Assembly: GCF_001194135.2 (NCBI RefSeq)
Contig: NC_068997.1
Location: 3,973,622-4,008,565, forward strand
DNA: 34,944 nt
Source: Octopus bimaculoides
Taxonomy: Eukaryota
Reading direction: 5' to 3'
The stretch's first letter is position 1. Every line of letters begins with the position of its first letter. The notes below the pieces were generated by a model. It saw only the letters and a list, made by a program, of their open reading frames with translations, did not search any database and had not been told where the DNA came from. The position numbers and the translations under genes were made by a program. This document shows positions 1 to 10,818 of this stretch, one piece after another.

Positions 1-66
<66 letters not shown>
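1..66. repeat. (GATA)n microsatellite
   Basis: Perfect GATA tetramer run at the window start. Confidence 0.98.
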
Positions 67-102
67 AAAAGAGTGAGAGAGAATGGGAGATAATCTTTTA
101 GT

Positions 103-476
103 TCTTTCAGTTATTAGATTGTGGCCATACTGAGGCACCACCTTTGAAGGGGTTTGTCGAACGAATTGGCCCAATACTTAATTTATTAAAGCCTGGTACG
201 TATTTTATCTGTTTCTTTTGCTGAACAGCTAGGTTACGGTTGTTAAGTGGTGTGGGGACATGTACAGACACAAAGGCACAAATACACATAGATATATTCA
301 TGTATCCGTACACACGATGAGCTTCTTTCAGTGTCAGTCTACCATATCCACCCATGAGGCTTTGGTCAGGCTGAGGCTGTTAGACGAGGAACTAGTCCAA
401 TATGGCATACAGTGGGGCTGAACCTGGAGTCATGTTGTTGGGAAGCAAACTTCTTACCACATAACCACACCTGTAT
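103..476 (-). mobile_element. tRNA-derived SINE, family A (degenerate copy)
   Basis: Alignable by eye to the better copies at 10168-10690 and 25190-25940. The minus-strand head reads gtggttatgtggtaagaagtttgcttcccaacaacatgactccaggttcagcccc, with A-box and B-box-like motifs. Confidence 0.8.
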
Positions 477-494
477 GTATAACCACATCTGTAT

Positions 495-1146
495 TATTGA
501 GTTTATTTCAAGATTCCTTGCCAATAGAGAAAGAATCGGTTTCTAACCTAGATCCAAGGTTCCTTCATTGGAATTTCAACATCAACAACAGGGTATTCTT
601 GTTTGTATGTATATATGTATCTATGTATGCATGCATGTATGCATGCATGTATGTATCTATGTATGTATGTATGTATGTATACAGATTTGTATGTTTTATG
701 TATGTATTCTCATGCATAGAGTTACATTCCTTGACATGCTCATATATATTTAAATGAAAAACGTCTGGTAAGTTTTACAGATTTTTACAGTTCCAGTGAT
801 GGATTGGATCTGTAGTCTTCGAATTAGCTTTCTCCTTTCGGTTTTGAGAAGCGTAATTTCTCAAGATTATTTAGGCAGTGTGTTACATATCCCAGGTCCC
901 CAATAATTACAGGTATAATCCTGAATTTGTAATCTGGATAGAGTAACTGTAGATTTCTCTTTTTCACTGATCTTCAGCTTTATATAACATCTGCTGGGCA
1001 GCTAATTTCTACAACTGTGCACAGTTTCTCTTCTTTTTCCCAAATCATTATATCAGGTCTGTTGTGCTTACATTTTATTGAGGTCTTCACTGGTATATTC
1101 CACCAGTACTCATTTTCATTATGAGTGGCTATGGCTTCTACCATAT
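495..1146 (-). mobile_element. 5'-truncated R4/Dong-like non-LTR retrotransposon 3' end (RLE endonuclease C-terminus plus 3' UTR), frameshifted
   Basis: Minus-strand translation gives EYWWNIPVKTSIKCKHNRPDIMIWEKEEKLCTVVEISCPADV, the PD..E restriction-like endonuclease motif. After frameshifts it continues LQLLYPDYKFRIIPVIIGDLGYV..CLNNLEKL and RKLIRRLQIQSITGTVKICKTYQTFFI* (stop near 752). The 5' junction is a (CATA)n tract. Confidence 0.9.
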
Positions 1147-1180
1147 TGTATGTATGTACGTATGTATGCACGTATGTATG

Positions 1181-1214
<34 letters not shown>

Positions 1215-1246
1215 TGTATGTATGTATGTATGTATGTATGTATGTA
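1147..1246. repeat. (TATG)n microsatellite
   Basis: Near-perfect TATG run abutting the 5' truncation point of the R4/Dong-like fragment. Confidence 0.95.
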
Positions 1247-1465
1247 TAGAGAAAGTGGGAGATAGGGAAATGAGACAAAACAAAGAACTATGAAGACAGC
1301 AGCTTCAGGAAGGAAAGAAGTTGGGAAAATTGTAAAATTGTTGAAAAGTTAGAGACCTGAGGAGGTGAAAGTATTATGTAGAATTGAATGGAATGATAGC
1401 ATGTGAAGGACGAGGCGTGTGAATACTTGAACAAAATAGGTAATGATGATGTTATAGTACGTATG

Positions 1466-1515
<50 letters not shown>

Positions 1516-1600
1516 CATATATANNNNNNNNNNNNNNNNNNNNNNNNNNNNNNNNNNNNNNNNNNNNNNNNNNNNNNNNNNNNNNNNNNNNNNNNNNNNN

Positions 1601-1635
<35 letters not shown>

Positions 1636-2082
1636 GTATACATGTGTGTATGTGTGTGTGTATGTGTGTGTGAGTGTGTGTGTGCCTGTGTGTCTGTGTG
1701 TGTGTGTATGTATGGTTGATAACAATATGTGACTGTGTTTAATGATTGTTGAATTAATAAACATTTACCCATTTATAGAGACCAGTTTTTAAAATAAAAA
1801 TAAAAAGCCAACGATATATTCATTTGTTCAGATGCCATTTTGAAAACAATGTGGAATGCAAAGATGATAATTTATAGTTTGTTTAATGCTTTATTGGATA
1901 ACTACTGCCGCTAGCAACCTCAACAACAGCAACTGCTGCTGCAGCTGTTGCTGTTGCTGTTGCTGCTGATGCAGTCACCGCTACTGCTGTTATTTCTACA
2001 ATTGATACTACAACAGAGTAAGGACAACTAGAACACACCACACCTTCGCTATCACCATCACCGCAACTACTACACGTACAAT

Positions 2083-2202
2083 GAAGAAGAAGAAGAAGAA
2101 GAAGAAGAAGAAGAAGAAGAAGAAGAAGAAGAAGAAGAAGAAGAAGAAGAAGAAGAAGAAGAAGAAGAAGAAGAAGAAGAAGAAGAAGAAGAAGAAGAAG
2201 AA
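2083..2202. repeat. (GAA)40 microsatellite
   Basis: Perfect GAA run of 120 bp, forming the 3' junction of the Tx1-like fragment. Confidence 0.98.
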
Positions 2203-2805
2203 TTTCTTTATTTACCACTGAGGGTTTATAAACAAAGGATGGTGCAGAGCAATACAACACGGCATAAGATAATGACGGATTATATGAAGGTGTTTAAACA
2301 AATGAATAACAACGAAAATGAGACAAAATATTCAAACAATAAAGTTTTACAAATGTGGGGAGAGGGACTTCTGAGAGCTGCTAGTGGAAACCCCATAAAA
2401 CCAGGGTCATTCTAACTACTAAGGCAGGTGCACCTTTTTCATCCTTCTCGCCCAGTCTACACTTGCATGGTCAGTTGCACCACCTTTGCCACATTCACCC
2501 ACCTTTCAACAAATTGGTTTCAAGGTAGCACTTGCCTTGTTACCTTTGACTTACTTTTCAAGTGAAACTTTAAAATGTTGATGAGGGCTTAGCCAAAGTA
2601 GAAGGTACTCAGACAGATAAAACTGCTTGTCTTTCTCGGCCAAAACGTGGCAGGACGATCCTAACAATGGATCCAACTGATAGACGGATCTGTCTCATTC
2701 GCAATAGTAGGTGTTCGAGGTAAACCCACAAGTTAGCAATACTGAACGTCTATAGAGCGCCAAGGTGTAATTTCCACCGACCGCATTTCCAATCTGGCAG
2801 AGAGC
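2203..2805 (-). mobile_element. 5'-truncated Tx1-like (L1 clade) LINE 3' end, degenerate
   Basis: Minus-strand pieces NLWVYLEHLLLRMRQIRLSVGSIVRIVLPRFGRERQAV, ALINILKFHLKSK and FVERWVNVAK match the ORF at 22776-23138 (NLWSFGERLLPRVGRIPLSSESIVKIAP..FGQEGKAI / GLIDFFRLHLKSK / FVERWVKV). The 3' UTR ends aaataaagaaa and then (TTC)n. Confidence 0.8.
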
Positions 2806-2823
2806 AATAACAATAACAACATC

Positions 2824-2824
<1 letters not shown>

Positions 2825-2889
<65 letters not shown>
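2825..2889. repeat. (AAT)n microsatellite
   Basis: Perfect AAT run near the 5' junction of the Tx1-like fragment. Confidence 0.97.
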
Positions 2890-2890
<1 letters not shown>

Positions 2891-3373
2891 TGAGACTGAT
2901 AAAGTACTGCTCCGAAATGTATCCATAAATATCGAGAATAAAGACAACAAATAGAGTCTAAAATAACTGACAGTGTTGAGTAAGTGATACTCATTAAAAT
3001 TTATATCTATTTTGCGAGTGAAACGATATGTTTTAACTGTGCCAAATCCGTCACTCGCATGGCACGTGTAAACACGCTCTCTCATGTTTCTCTCTCTTTT
3101 ACTTTTTTCTTGGTGACTTCTTTGTGATATAATGCTTGGGAAATAATATATTTGCGACTGAAGATAGCTTTATACCATCCTGTCTATCAATTATATACCC
3201 ATATAATGATGCAACGACTGTTTGTGTATAAAGCTTGAAACACGTGTACCGCGGAATCATTTGTGTTGTTTTTAAATTTTACGTTTTTAATTTATTCTTT
3301 CACCCTGGGCACTATCTGGCATATACAGGTGCTTGCAATTATCAAGTATTACTTCTAAAATTTACCTATATAA

Positions 3374-3440
<67 letters not shown>

Positions 3441-3643
3441 CTCCGGCATTAAAGAAATATGTACTCTCTCTAAGGTAAAAATAGAGGTGGATATTAGTTG
3501 TTTGTTTGTTCCTTTGTCTCGTTTGACTACATTTATTTGTTTACACTTATAGAAGCGATGCTCTATCAAATTGTCTACACTATTAGATAAGACCTGGATC
3601 CTGGTACTAACACAAAAGTGTTAATGGTAAATAGCCAAAATTC

Positions 3644-4680
3644 ATTTCAGTTAAGGAAATTAAGGAAATCAGCAAAAAATGGGCAAATGGAAGGCCCCGG
3701 GACCAGATGGAGTTCCAAGCTACTGGATCGAAAGATTTGGTGAATGTCATGCACGAATAGCTGCTCGAATTAACATCTTGTTAGATACCGACCAAGTAAC
3801 ACCAGAGTGGTTGACAATGGGTAGGACAGTGCTCTACTTGAAAAACATCAAAAAAGGCAATGCGGTAGACTATTACAGGCCGATATCCTGCTTGGCGCTT
3901 ATGTAGAAATTATTGACTACAAGAATTGCAGAGTCAATGAACGGACATCTGGAAAAATGGAGTCCTGCTGCATGAGCCGAAGCGGTGCAAGGGTAAGTGC
4001 ATAGGTACCAGGGATCAACTCCTGGTAGATAAAACTGTACTTAGAGACTGCAAGGGAATGAAAACTAACATAGCCATGTCATGGATCGATTATTGTGAGG
4101 AATACGTTTTGATCCCACATTCTTGGATTATGGAGTGTATGAACCTATTTTGTATTGCATTGAATGTTGAGCGATTGCTTGGAAAAAGTATGGCGTAGTG
4201 CAGGACGGAACTGACAACATGGAAGAAGTTTAGGGAAAATAGAAATCAGGAGGGGCATCATCCAAGGGGACTGCCTGTCCCCACAGATCTTTGTACTGTG
4301 AAGGATACCACTAACACTGATTCTGAGGAAAGCAAAGGCTGGGTATGTATTGAAGAGCCGCCAATATAAATTCAACCACTTATTACTCGTGGATGACATC
4401 AAACCTTATGGTAAGGATGAAACCCAAGTTAGTTCCCTCGTTGATACGGCGTATACCTTCAGTGCTGATATCAGAATGGAGTTCGGACTGAAAAAATGAA
4501 ATATATTAGTCTTGAAGAGAGGTAAAATTAAATGTATGGGTGAGCTAGCGATACTGTCCGGGGAGGTTATGAAGCAAATAGAAGAGACGGGGGATATTAG
4601 AAATGGATAAATTCATGGAGAAAGAAATGACAGAAAAATTTAAGGTGGTGTACTTGCGCAGACTGAGGCTGATTCTTAAG
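3644..4680 (+). pseudogene. Reverse transcriptase fragment of an R4/Dong-like non-LTR retrotransposon (stops and frameshifts)
   Basis: Motifs occur in order: KAPGPDG, PEWLTMGRTVL, YYRPISCL, RDQLLVDK, AMSWIDY, IPHSWIMECM, RRGIIQGDCLSP, FNHLLLVDDIKPYGK (RT active site, LVDD) and DIRMEFGLKK. It breaks off at (TATG)n at 4681. Confidence 0.93.
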
Positions 4681-4845
4681 TATGTATGTATGTATGTATG
4701 TATGTATGTATGTATGTATGTATGTATGTATGTATGTATGTATGTATGTGTGTGTGTGTTTGTGTAGATAGATAGATAGACAGATAGATAAATAGATAGA
4801 TAGACAGACAGACATACAGACAGACAGACAGACAGACAGACAGTC

Positions 4846-4880
<35 letters not shown>
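4681..4880. repeat. Compound (TATG)n-(TG)n-(GATA/GACA)n microsatellite
   Basis: Read directly from the sequence. Confidence 0.95.
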
Positions 4881-5619
4881 CACATCGCATACATATATAT
4901 TTTTTATTCTATTTTTCAGGGGCACTGCCTTTACGGCTTTAGTCGAACAGATCGATCCTAATATGAAGTAAACTTCTTAACATACAGCCACGCATGTATC
5001 CAGTTAGTTTCGACCTACCGTTAAGATATATGTCCACACACTCTCTGTAGTGAGCACTTACTTCTTACATTCCTAACCGCTAACGTATATTTTAGCCTTT
5101 TGGATGGCAAAATATGCTTGTCGCTGTAGTTTTCGTCATAGGAGAATAATTTCTCTTATTTACGACAGTTTGTTCAGTAGACTCGACAAGTAGCACCAGG
5201 ATTATTAAGCTTAAACCAAGCTGTTGGCTTCGTTTATACTTCCAGGCAAGATCATACACAAAATATAAATATTTCTTCAACACAGAAACCCGTACGTCAA
5301 TAAGCTACGCGTGGAGAACACACTGTCACCGTGAAGGCAGAATTAATTCCCTCCCTTCAAAATTGCTGGTGTTGAGCGTATATTCTAACTTCTATTTTTA
5401 CGGTGCAAATGTGCTGAACTGGAAGAATACTTAGATTGTCAGACAAAAGATTATACGGCATTTATATGCGCAACTCTAGATTTTGAGTTCAAATCCAGCT
5501 TCACCATCCATGCTTTCAGAGCTGTAAAAATAAAGTACCACATAATTACTAAGATCGATGTCTTTCTCTAAAACTGCCGGCCTTCTGCCTAAGTGAGAAA
5601 AAAAAAATCATTATGAAAG

Positions 5620-5687
5620 ACAGTGAGCTACTTAAATCGTTAGAGCACCGAGCAAAATGCTTTGCGATGTTTCTTCTGTATTCTTTC

Positions 5688-5733
<46 letters not shown>

Positions 5734-5840
5734 TCTGAGTTCAAATCTCGCTGAAGTTAACTTTGTCTTTTATCCTTTCGGGGTCAACAAAATAACATAC
5801 CAGCCATTTACTGAGGTTATTGAAATCGACTCAACTTCTT
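5620..5840 (+). mobile_element. tRNA-derived SINE, family C, with internal (TTA)n expansion
   Basis: The pattern gagct..aatcgttag..aaatgct..gagttcaaat..ctttatcctttcggggtcaacaaaataac..ccag is shared with the copies at 12095-13790 and 27675-27865. Confidence 0.7.
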
Positions 5841-6518
5841 TGTGACTACGTTAAAAAACAATGAAAAACAATAATTTTTGCAGTACACCGAGATTGATCT
5901 CACAAGCCACCATAATACCACAAGACACTGAATGGGAACGATTGTGTTAGGAAATGTATAGAAGGCGTTGGTGCGTGTATCTCCTTTGCATTGAGGGGGC
6001 GAAAAAGGAGCGTTTGAATTCAAAGTTTCCCACTAGGCAAAATATTTTAAATTAGCTCTACTCTAGCTAGGTCAATAAACTATTTAGCTATTTCTTTAGC
6101 AATCAATAATCAATAATCCACGTTCTAGTTTTGTTAATTTATTGCAATTCAAATCAAACCAAACAAATTGTTTGTATTCTACTAAATGTGATAAAATATT
6201 CTACGATGAATGGCAAAGAAATAAAAACCCGTTTCATTATCACATTGCTACGGGAGGTGATGAGGATAAGCACAAATAGCTAAATATTTCTCAGTTTCAT
6301 AATACTAGTGTAAGTAAAATTCACATGACAGTGGCTGTTGCTGTTATTGATAACGATGATGATGATGATGATGTTGGTATTGTTGTTGTCGTCATTCTCA
6401 TGATTGTTGTAGCGGCTGTTGAAGCTGTTCTCACTCTTACAATTGCTATTGCAGCCGTATTCGTTTTAGAAAATGAATTTCATGGTATTGTGTTGGAAAA
6501 ATTAGGCAGCGACGGAAA

Positions 6519-6537
6519 GAGATAGATAGATAGATAA

Positions 6538-6615
<78 letters not shown>

Positions 6616-6616
6616 G

Positions 6617-6663
<47 letters not shown>

Positions 6664-6676
6664 GGATAGATAGATC
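6519..6676. repeat. (GATA)n microsatellite
   Basis: Long, near-perfect GATA run. Confidence 0.97.
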
Positions 6677-7119
6677 GACAGACAGGGTTTGAGAGAGAGT
6701 GCAAATAAGAGAGACAGAAGTAAGACTGATCAGTCAGTCATGCATACAACTGAGTGTATACGCCCCTACAAATATTCGCACACAGTGAAAAGAAAATCCC
6801 ATTCATACAAGGACAGGCATATCTCACGCGCTTTCAGTCCTCCTCTTTCTCTCTCTTTTTCTTCCAGACTGTCTCTTCCTACGTTCAAGCGCATACACAT
6901 AAACTTAAACACAAATGTAATACACACATATATAAAACACACACGCGCGCGCACAAGCACACACAAACACAAACACACACACACACACACACGCATATAC
7001 AGGCAGTCATATGCAAATGCTTTTCAATGTCAATTTTATGCTACACTCTGAGTGTGAGAATGTATTATATTACATTATATTACCAGATTGATAGGTAGAT
7101 AGATATACATTACACACAC

Positions 7120-7157
<38 letters not shown>

Positions 7158-7521
7158 NNNNNNNNNNNNNNNNNNNNNNNNNNNNNNNNNNNNNNNNNNN
7201 NNNNNNNNNNNNNNNNNNNNNNNNNNNNNNNNNNNNNNNNNNNNNNNNNNNNNNNNNNNNNNNNNNNNNNNNNNNNNNNNNNNNNNNNNNNNNNNNNNNN
7301 NNNNNNNNNNNNNNNNNNNNNNNNNNNNNNNNNNNNNNNNNNNNNNNNNNNNNNNNNNNNNNNNNNNNNNNNNNNNNNNNNNNNNNNNNNNNNNNNNNNN
7401 NNNNNNNNNNNNNNNNNNNNNNNNNNNNNNNNNNNNNNNNNNNNNNNNNNNNNNNNNNNNNNNNNNNNNNNNNNNNNNNNNNNNNNNNNNNNNNNNNNNN
7501 NNNNNNNNNNNNNNNNNNNNN

Positions 7522-7554
<33 letters not shown>

Positions 7555-8173
7555 TATATGTATGTGTGTATGTAAAAGCATTTATGTATGAGTCGTGTAT
7601 GCTTCCATGTGCTTCTTTGTTCTCCTGCGTGGCTTTGTGTGTGTGTGTGAGTGTGTTTCTATCTTTATATACATATATGCATGTATAGGCTCCTATAATT
7701 CTGGCTTTAACGTGTTATTGTTCAACGAAGATAACAAACACCGAATTTCACAATCAGTGCCTCTACCCGCCCACTCCACCTCCCACTTCAACTGCACCCC
7801 CATGCAATCCCAACCCGCGCCACTTCCCCCATCCCCGAAAAACCAATTCCCAGACTATAAAAGAAATCAATTAATTCCATTCTATAGCTGATGCCATCAT
7901 TAAGAGTTTCAAACTAATCCGTTGTCAGCCGATATAGAACGTCACTTTGAGCCCACTAACCACAACAACAACAACAACAACAACAACAACGCCCACAGCA
8001 CATCCACTGACACTGCCCAATCCCAACCCCAGCCCCAGCTACGGCTACACTCCCCAACAGTCATCACTACATCGCACACAGCTTCCGCAGTTATCTTCTA
8101 GAAATCAGATGACACAAGTTGCAATCGCTTCCTTCACACTGATCGGAATTCGAACGGGAAAAGCTTCGCATAT

Positions 8174-8176
8174 ATT

Positions 8177-8218
<42 letters not shown>

Positions 8219-8283
8219 GCTATTATTATTATTATTGATCATCATCATCATTACTGTTGTTGTTGTTGTTATTATTATTATTG

Positions 8284-8329
<46 letters not shown>

Positions 8330-8340
8330 CATTATTATTT
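8174..8340. repeat. Compound (TTG)n/(TTA)n microsatellite
   Basis: Read directly; it produces the spurious poly-L, poly-I and poly-N ORFs. Confidence 0.95.
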
Positions 8341-9375
8341 CTTTATGGGGGGCATACTGTTTTTAGTGTTTTTGCTGTTGTTCTTGTTAAAATTTTCTCT
8401 TTTGATGTCTCAAAGAAATTCATTTATTTCTATAGAAGACAGGAGAAACATGGATATATGAAGATTTTAATAAATAGGTTATTAGNNNNNNNNNNNNNNN
8501 NNNNNNNNNNNNNNNNNNNNNNNNNNNNNNNNNNNNNNNNNNNNNNNNNNNNNNNNNNNNNNNNNNNNNNNNNNNNNNNNNNNNNNNNNNNNNNNNNNNN
8601 NNNNNNNNNNNNNNNNNNNNNNNNNNNNNNNNNNNNNNNNNNNNNNNNNNNNNNNNNNNNNNNNNNNNNNNNNNNNNNNNNNNNNNNNNNNNNNNNNNNN
8701 NNNNNNNNNNNNNNNNNNNNNNNNNNNNNNNNNNNNNNNNNNNNNNNNNNNNNNNNNNNNNNNNNNNNNNNNNNNNNNNNNNNNNNNNNNNNNNNNNNNN
8801 NNNNNNNNNNNNNNNNNNNNNNNNNNNNNNNNNNNNNNNNNNNNNNNNNNNNNNNNNNNNNNNNTATATATATATATATTATATATATGTAGACATACAT
8901 ATATACATATGTGTATGTGCGTTTAAGCTATCTGTTCACCTTCATTTATTATGTGTTGTATTAGTCTTTAATAGTCGTATTTAGTAGGTCGGAAAAACTC
9001 TAATAGATGTCGTCCCTCTTTGTTTTTTCTTCATATTTAGTCACGTATTCTCAAACAGCTATTGTATTCTTACACCCTGGCAGCAGAAACCCTCTCCCAC
9101 GTCTCAATATCCATGTTCTGTTTCCTCTCATCATTTTCCCGCTATATTTTTTTTTCTGCAACTCCATAGTAACGGTAAAGGTAGAAGTCTTCGTGTTGAT
9201 GTGCCGAAACTGCATGAATCCAGGTTACAACTGATGAAGAAGTGCCTACCTATGTGTGCGTGTAAGAGTGTGAGTGTTTATGTGTGTGTGCGTGTGTGTA
9301 TTACAAATCACACGTACTCGTACATGCATATCTATGTATCTATATAAATATGTATGTTTATGTGTACGTGTGTAT

Positions 9376-9377
<2 letters not shown>

Positions 9378-9464
<87 letters not shown>

Positions 9465-9495
9465 AAGAAATAAATAAAGAAAGAAAGAAAGGAAG
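9378..9495. repeat. (AG)n-(AAAG)n microsatellite
   Basis: Read directly from the sequence. Confidence 0.95.
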
Positions 9496-9673
9496 AAGTT
9501 ATTAAAGACGGCAGTGTGCAATATTTTACGAAAAAGGAAAACCATAATTTTCACTAAATATGACTTGGGTGTTAGAAACACCGACGTTGCTGAGACATAG
9601 CTAAAATTCTCTAATGCTGTAGCCAAAGCATATAATTGTATACATATACACTGACAGTAATCCTAAAACACCG

Positions 9674-9744
9674 ATCGAGAATTCCCTATACTGACCGATC
9701 AGTTTCGGCAATTTCCGTTGCTTCATCAGTAAGGACCGCTCGAC
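9674..9744 (-). ncRNA. Type I hammerhead ribozyme (self-cleaving RNA motif), probably from a PLE pLTR or retrozyme
   Basis: Minus strand reads gtcgag-cgg-tcctta CTGATGA agcaa cggaaa ttgcc GAAA ctga tcgg tcag TA taggga-att-ctcgat. It has both conserved core motifs, a 5 bp stem III and a GUA cleavage triplet. Stem II is GCAA/TTGC with an A10.1-C11.1 mismatch. Stem I is 6 bp plus a 3x3 internal loop plus 5-6 bp. Confidence 0.88.
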
Positions 9745-9804
9745 TTAGGCTATTTCCGGACTGAAGTCTCTGTTAGTATGTATGTTAAAACCTAAAGACT
9801 GTGA

Positions 9805-10165
9805 ACACAGAATGGAATATGGAATGGCCTCCAAGAAGTGCAGATCTCACTGCATGTGATTTTTATCTGTGGGATTACATAAAAGAAGTGTACAAGACAA
9901 TACCTTGAACACTGGAGGACTTGGAGACACGGATTCGGGAAGTTCTCAATGATATCCCAGACGATGTCCTTCAGAAGGTTGTTCATTCTATCCCTGTACG
10001 TTTGAGGAAAGTGGTTGACGGCACCCGCACTTAAGTTGAAATATGAAGATTTACTTTAATTTTCCCATCTAATAAAGAACATGTATCATTTGAATCAATA
10101 AATTTGTAAAACGAATATAAATTTTATCATCAATTTTTAATGCCTTTTTATTTTCAGACACCCTG
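9805..10165 (+). mobile_element. 3' remnant of a Tc1/mariner-superfamily transposon (transposase C-terminus plus right TIR)
   Basis: Translation EWPPRSADLTACDFYLWDYIKEVYK..TLEDLETRIREVLNDIP..LQKVVHSI contains the WPPRSPDL..CDF motif. The element ends ttttcagacaccctg followed by TA. Confidence 0.85.
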
Positions 10166-10167
10166 TA

Positions 10168-10690
10168 TCTCTCTTTACTCTTTACTCTTTTACTTGTTTC
10201 AGTCACTTGTCTGCGGCCAGGCTGGAGCATCGCCTTTAGTCGAGAAAATCGACCCCACGACTTATTCTTTGTAAGCTTAGTACTTATTCTATCNNNNNNN
10301 NNNNNNNNNNNNNNNNNNNNNNNNNNNNNNNNNNNNNNNNNNNNNNNNNNNNNNNNNNNNNNNNNNNNNNNNNNNNNNNNNNNNNNNNNNNNNNNNNNNN
10401 NNNNNNNNNNNNNNNNNNNNNNNNNNNNNNNNNNNNNNNNNNNNNNNNNNNNNNNNNNNNNNNNNNNNNNNNNNNNNNNNNNNNNNNNNNNNNNNNNNNN
10501 NNNNNATATATATACATATATACGACGGGCTTCTTTCAGTTTCCGTCTACCAAATCCACTCACAAGGCTTTGGTCGGCCCAAAGCTATAGTAGAAGACAC
10601 TTGCCCAAGGTGCCATGCAGTGGGACTGAACCCGGAACCATGTGGTTGGTAAGCAAGCTACTTACCACACAGCTACTCCTGCGCCTATAT
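10168..10690 (-). mobile_element. tRNA-derived SINE, family A (spans an N gap)
   Basis: Minus-strand head: ataggcgcaggagtagctgtgtggtaag (A box) ... ccgggttcagtcccactgc (B box). The body has an internal (TA)n running into the gap. The tail ends in aaagagtaaagag repeats. Confidence 0.9.
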
Positions 10691-10818
10691 ATACAGGAGC
10701 TGGACAAAAATGCCTGGAAGTATTCATTTTGTCCCTATTTCTAAACAAACTTAAATGATTGGCAATTCTCTGCTTAATTTAACATAAGCTAATATAACAT
10801 AAGCTTAATATAACATAA

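Noticed and set aside
1288-1772. Long ORFs in the ORF track (also 1883, 7947, 8257, 15792, 19322, 25270, 26508 and others)
   Set aside because: They are translations of microsatellites and N gaps (poly-YI, poly-L, poly-H, X runs), not proteins.
5062-5240. Possible minus-strand exon ending at a GTAAGT donor (5061)
   Set aside because: There is no convincing acceptor or recognisable protein, and no partner exons in the window.
9205-9245. gccGAAActg..cag..caaCTGATGAag on the plus strand, resembling a second hammerhead
   Set aside because: The motif order would require a type II topology, but stem I cannot form, stem III lacks the A15.1-U16.1 closure and the stem II strands are not complementary.
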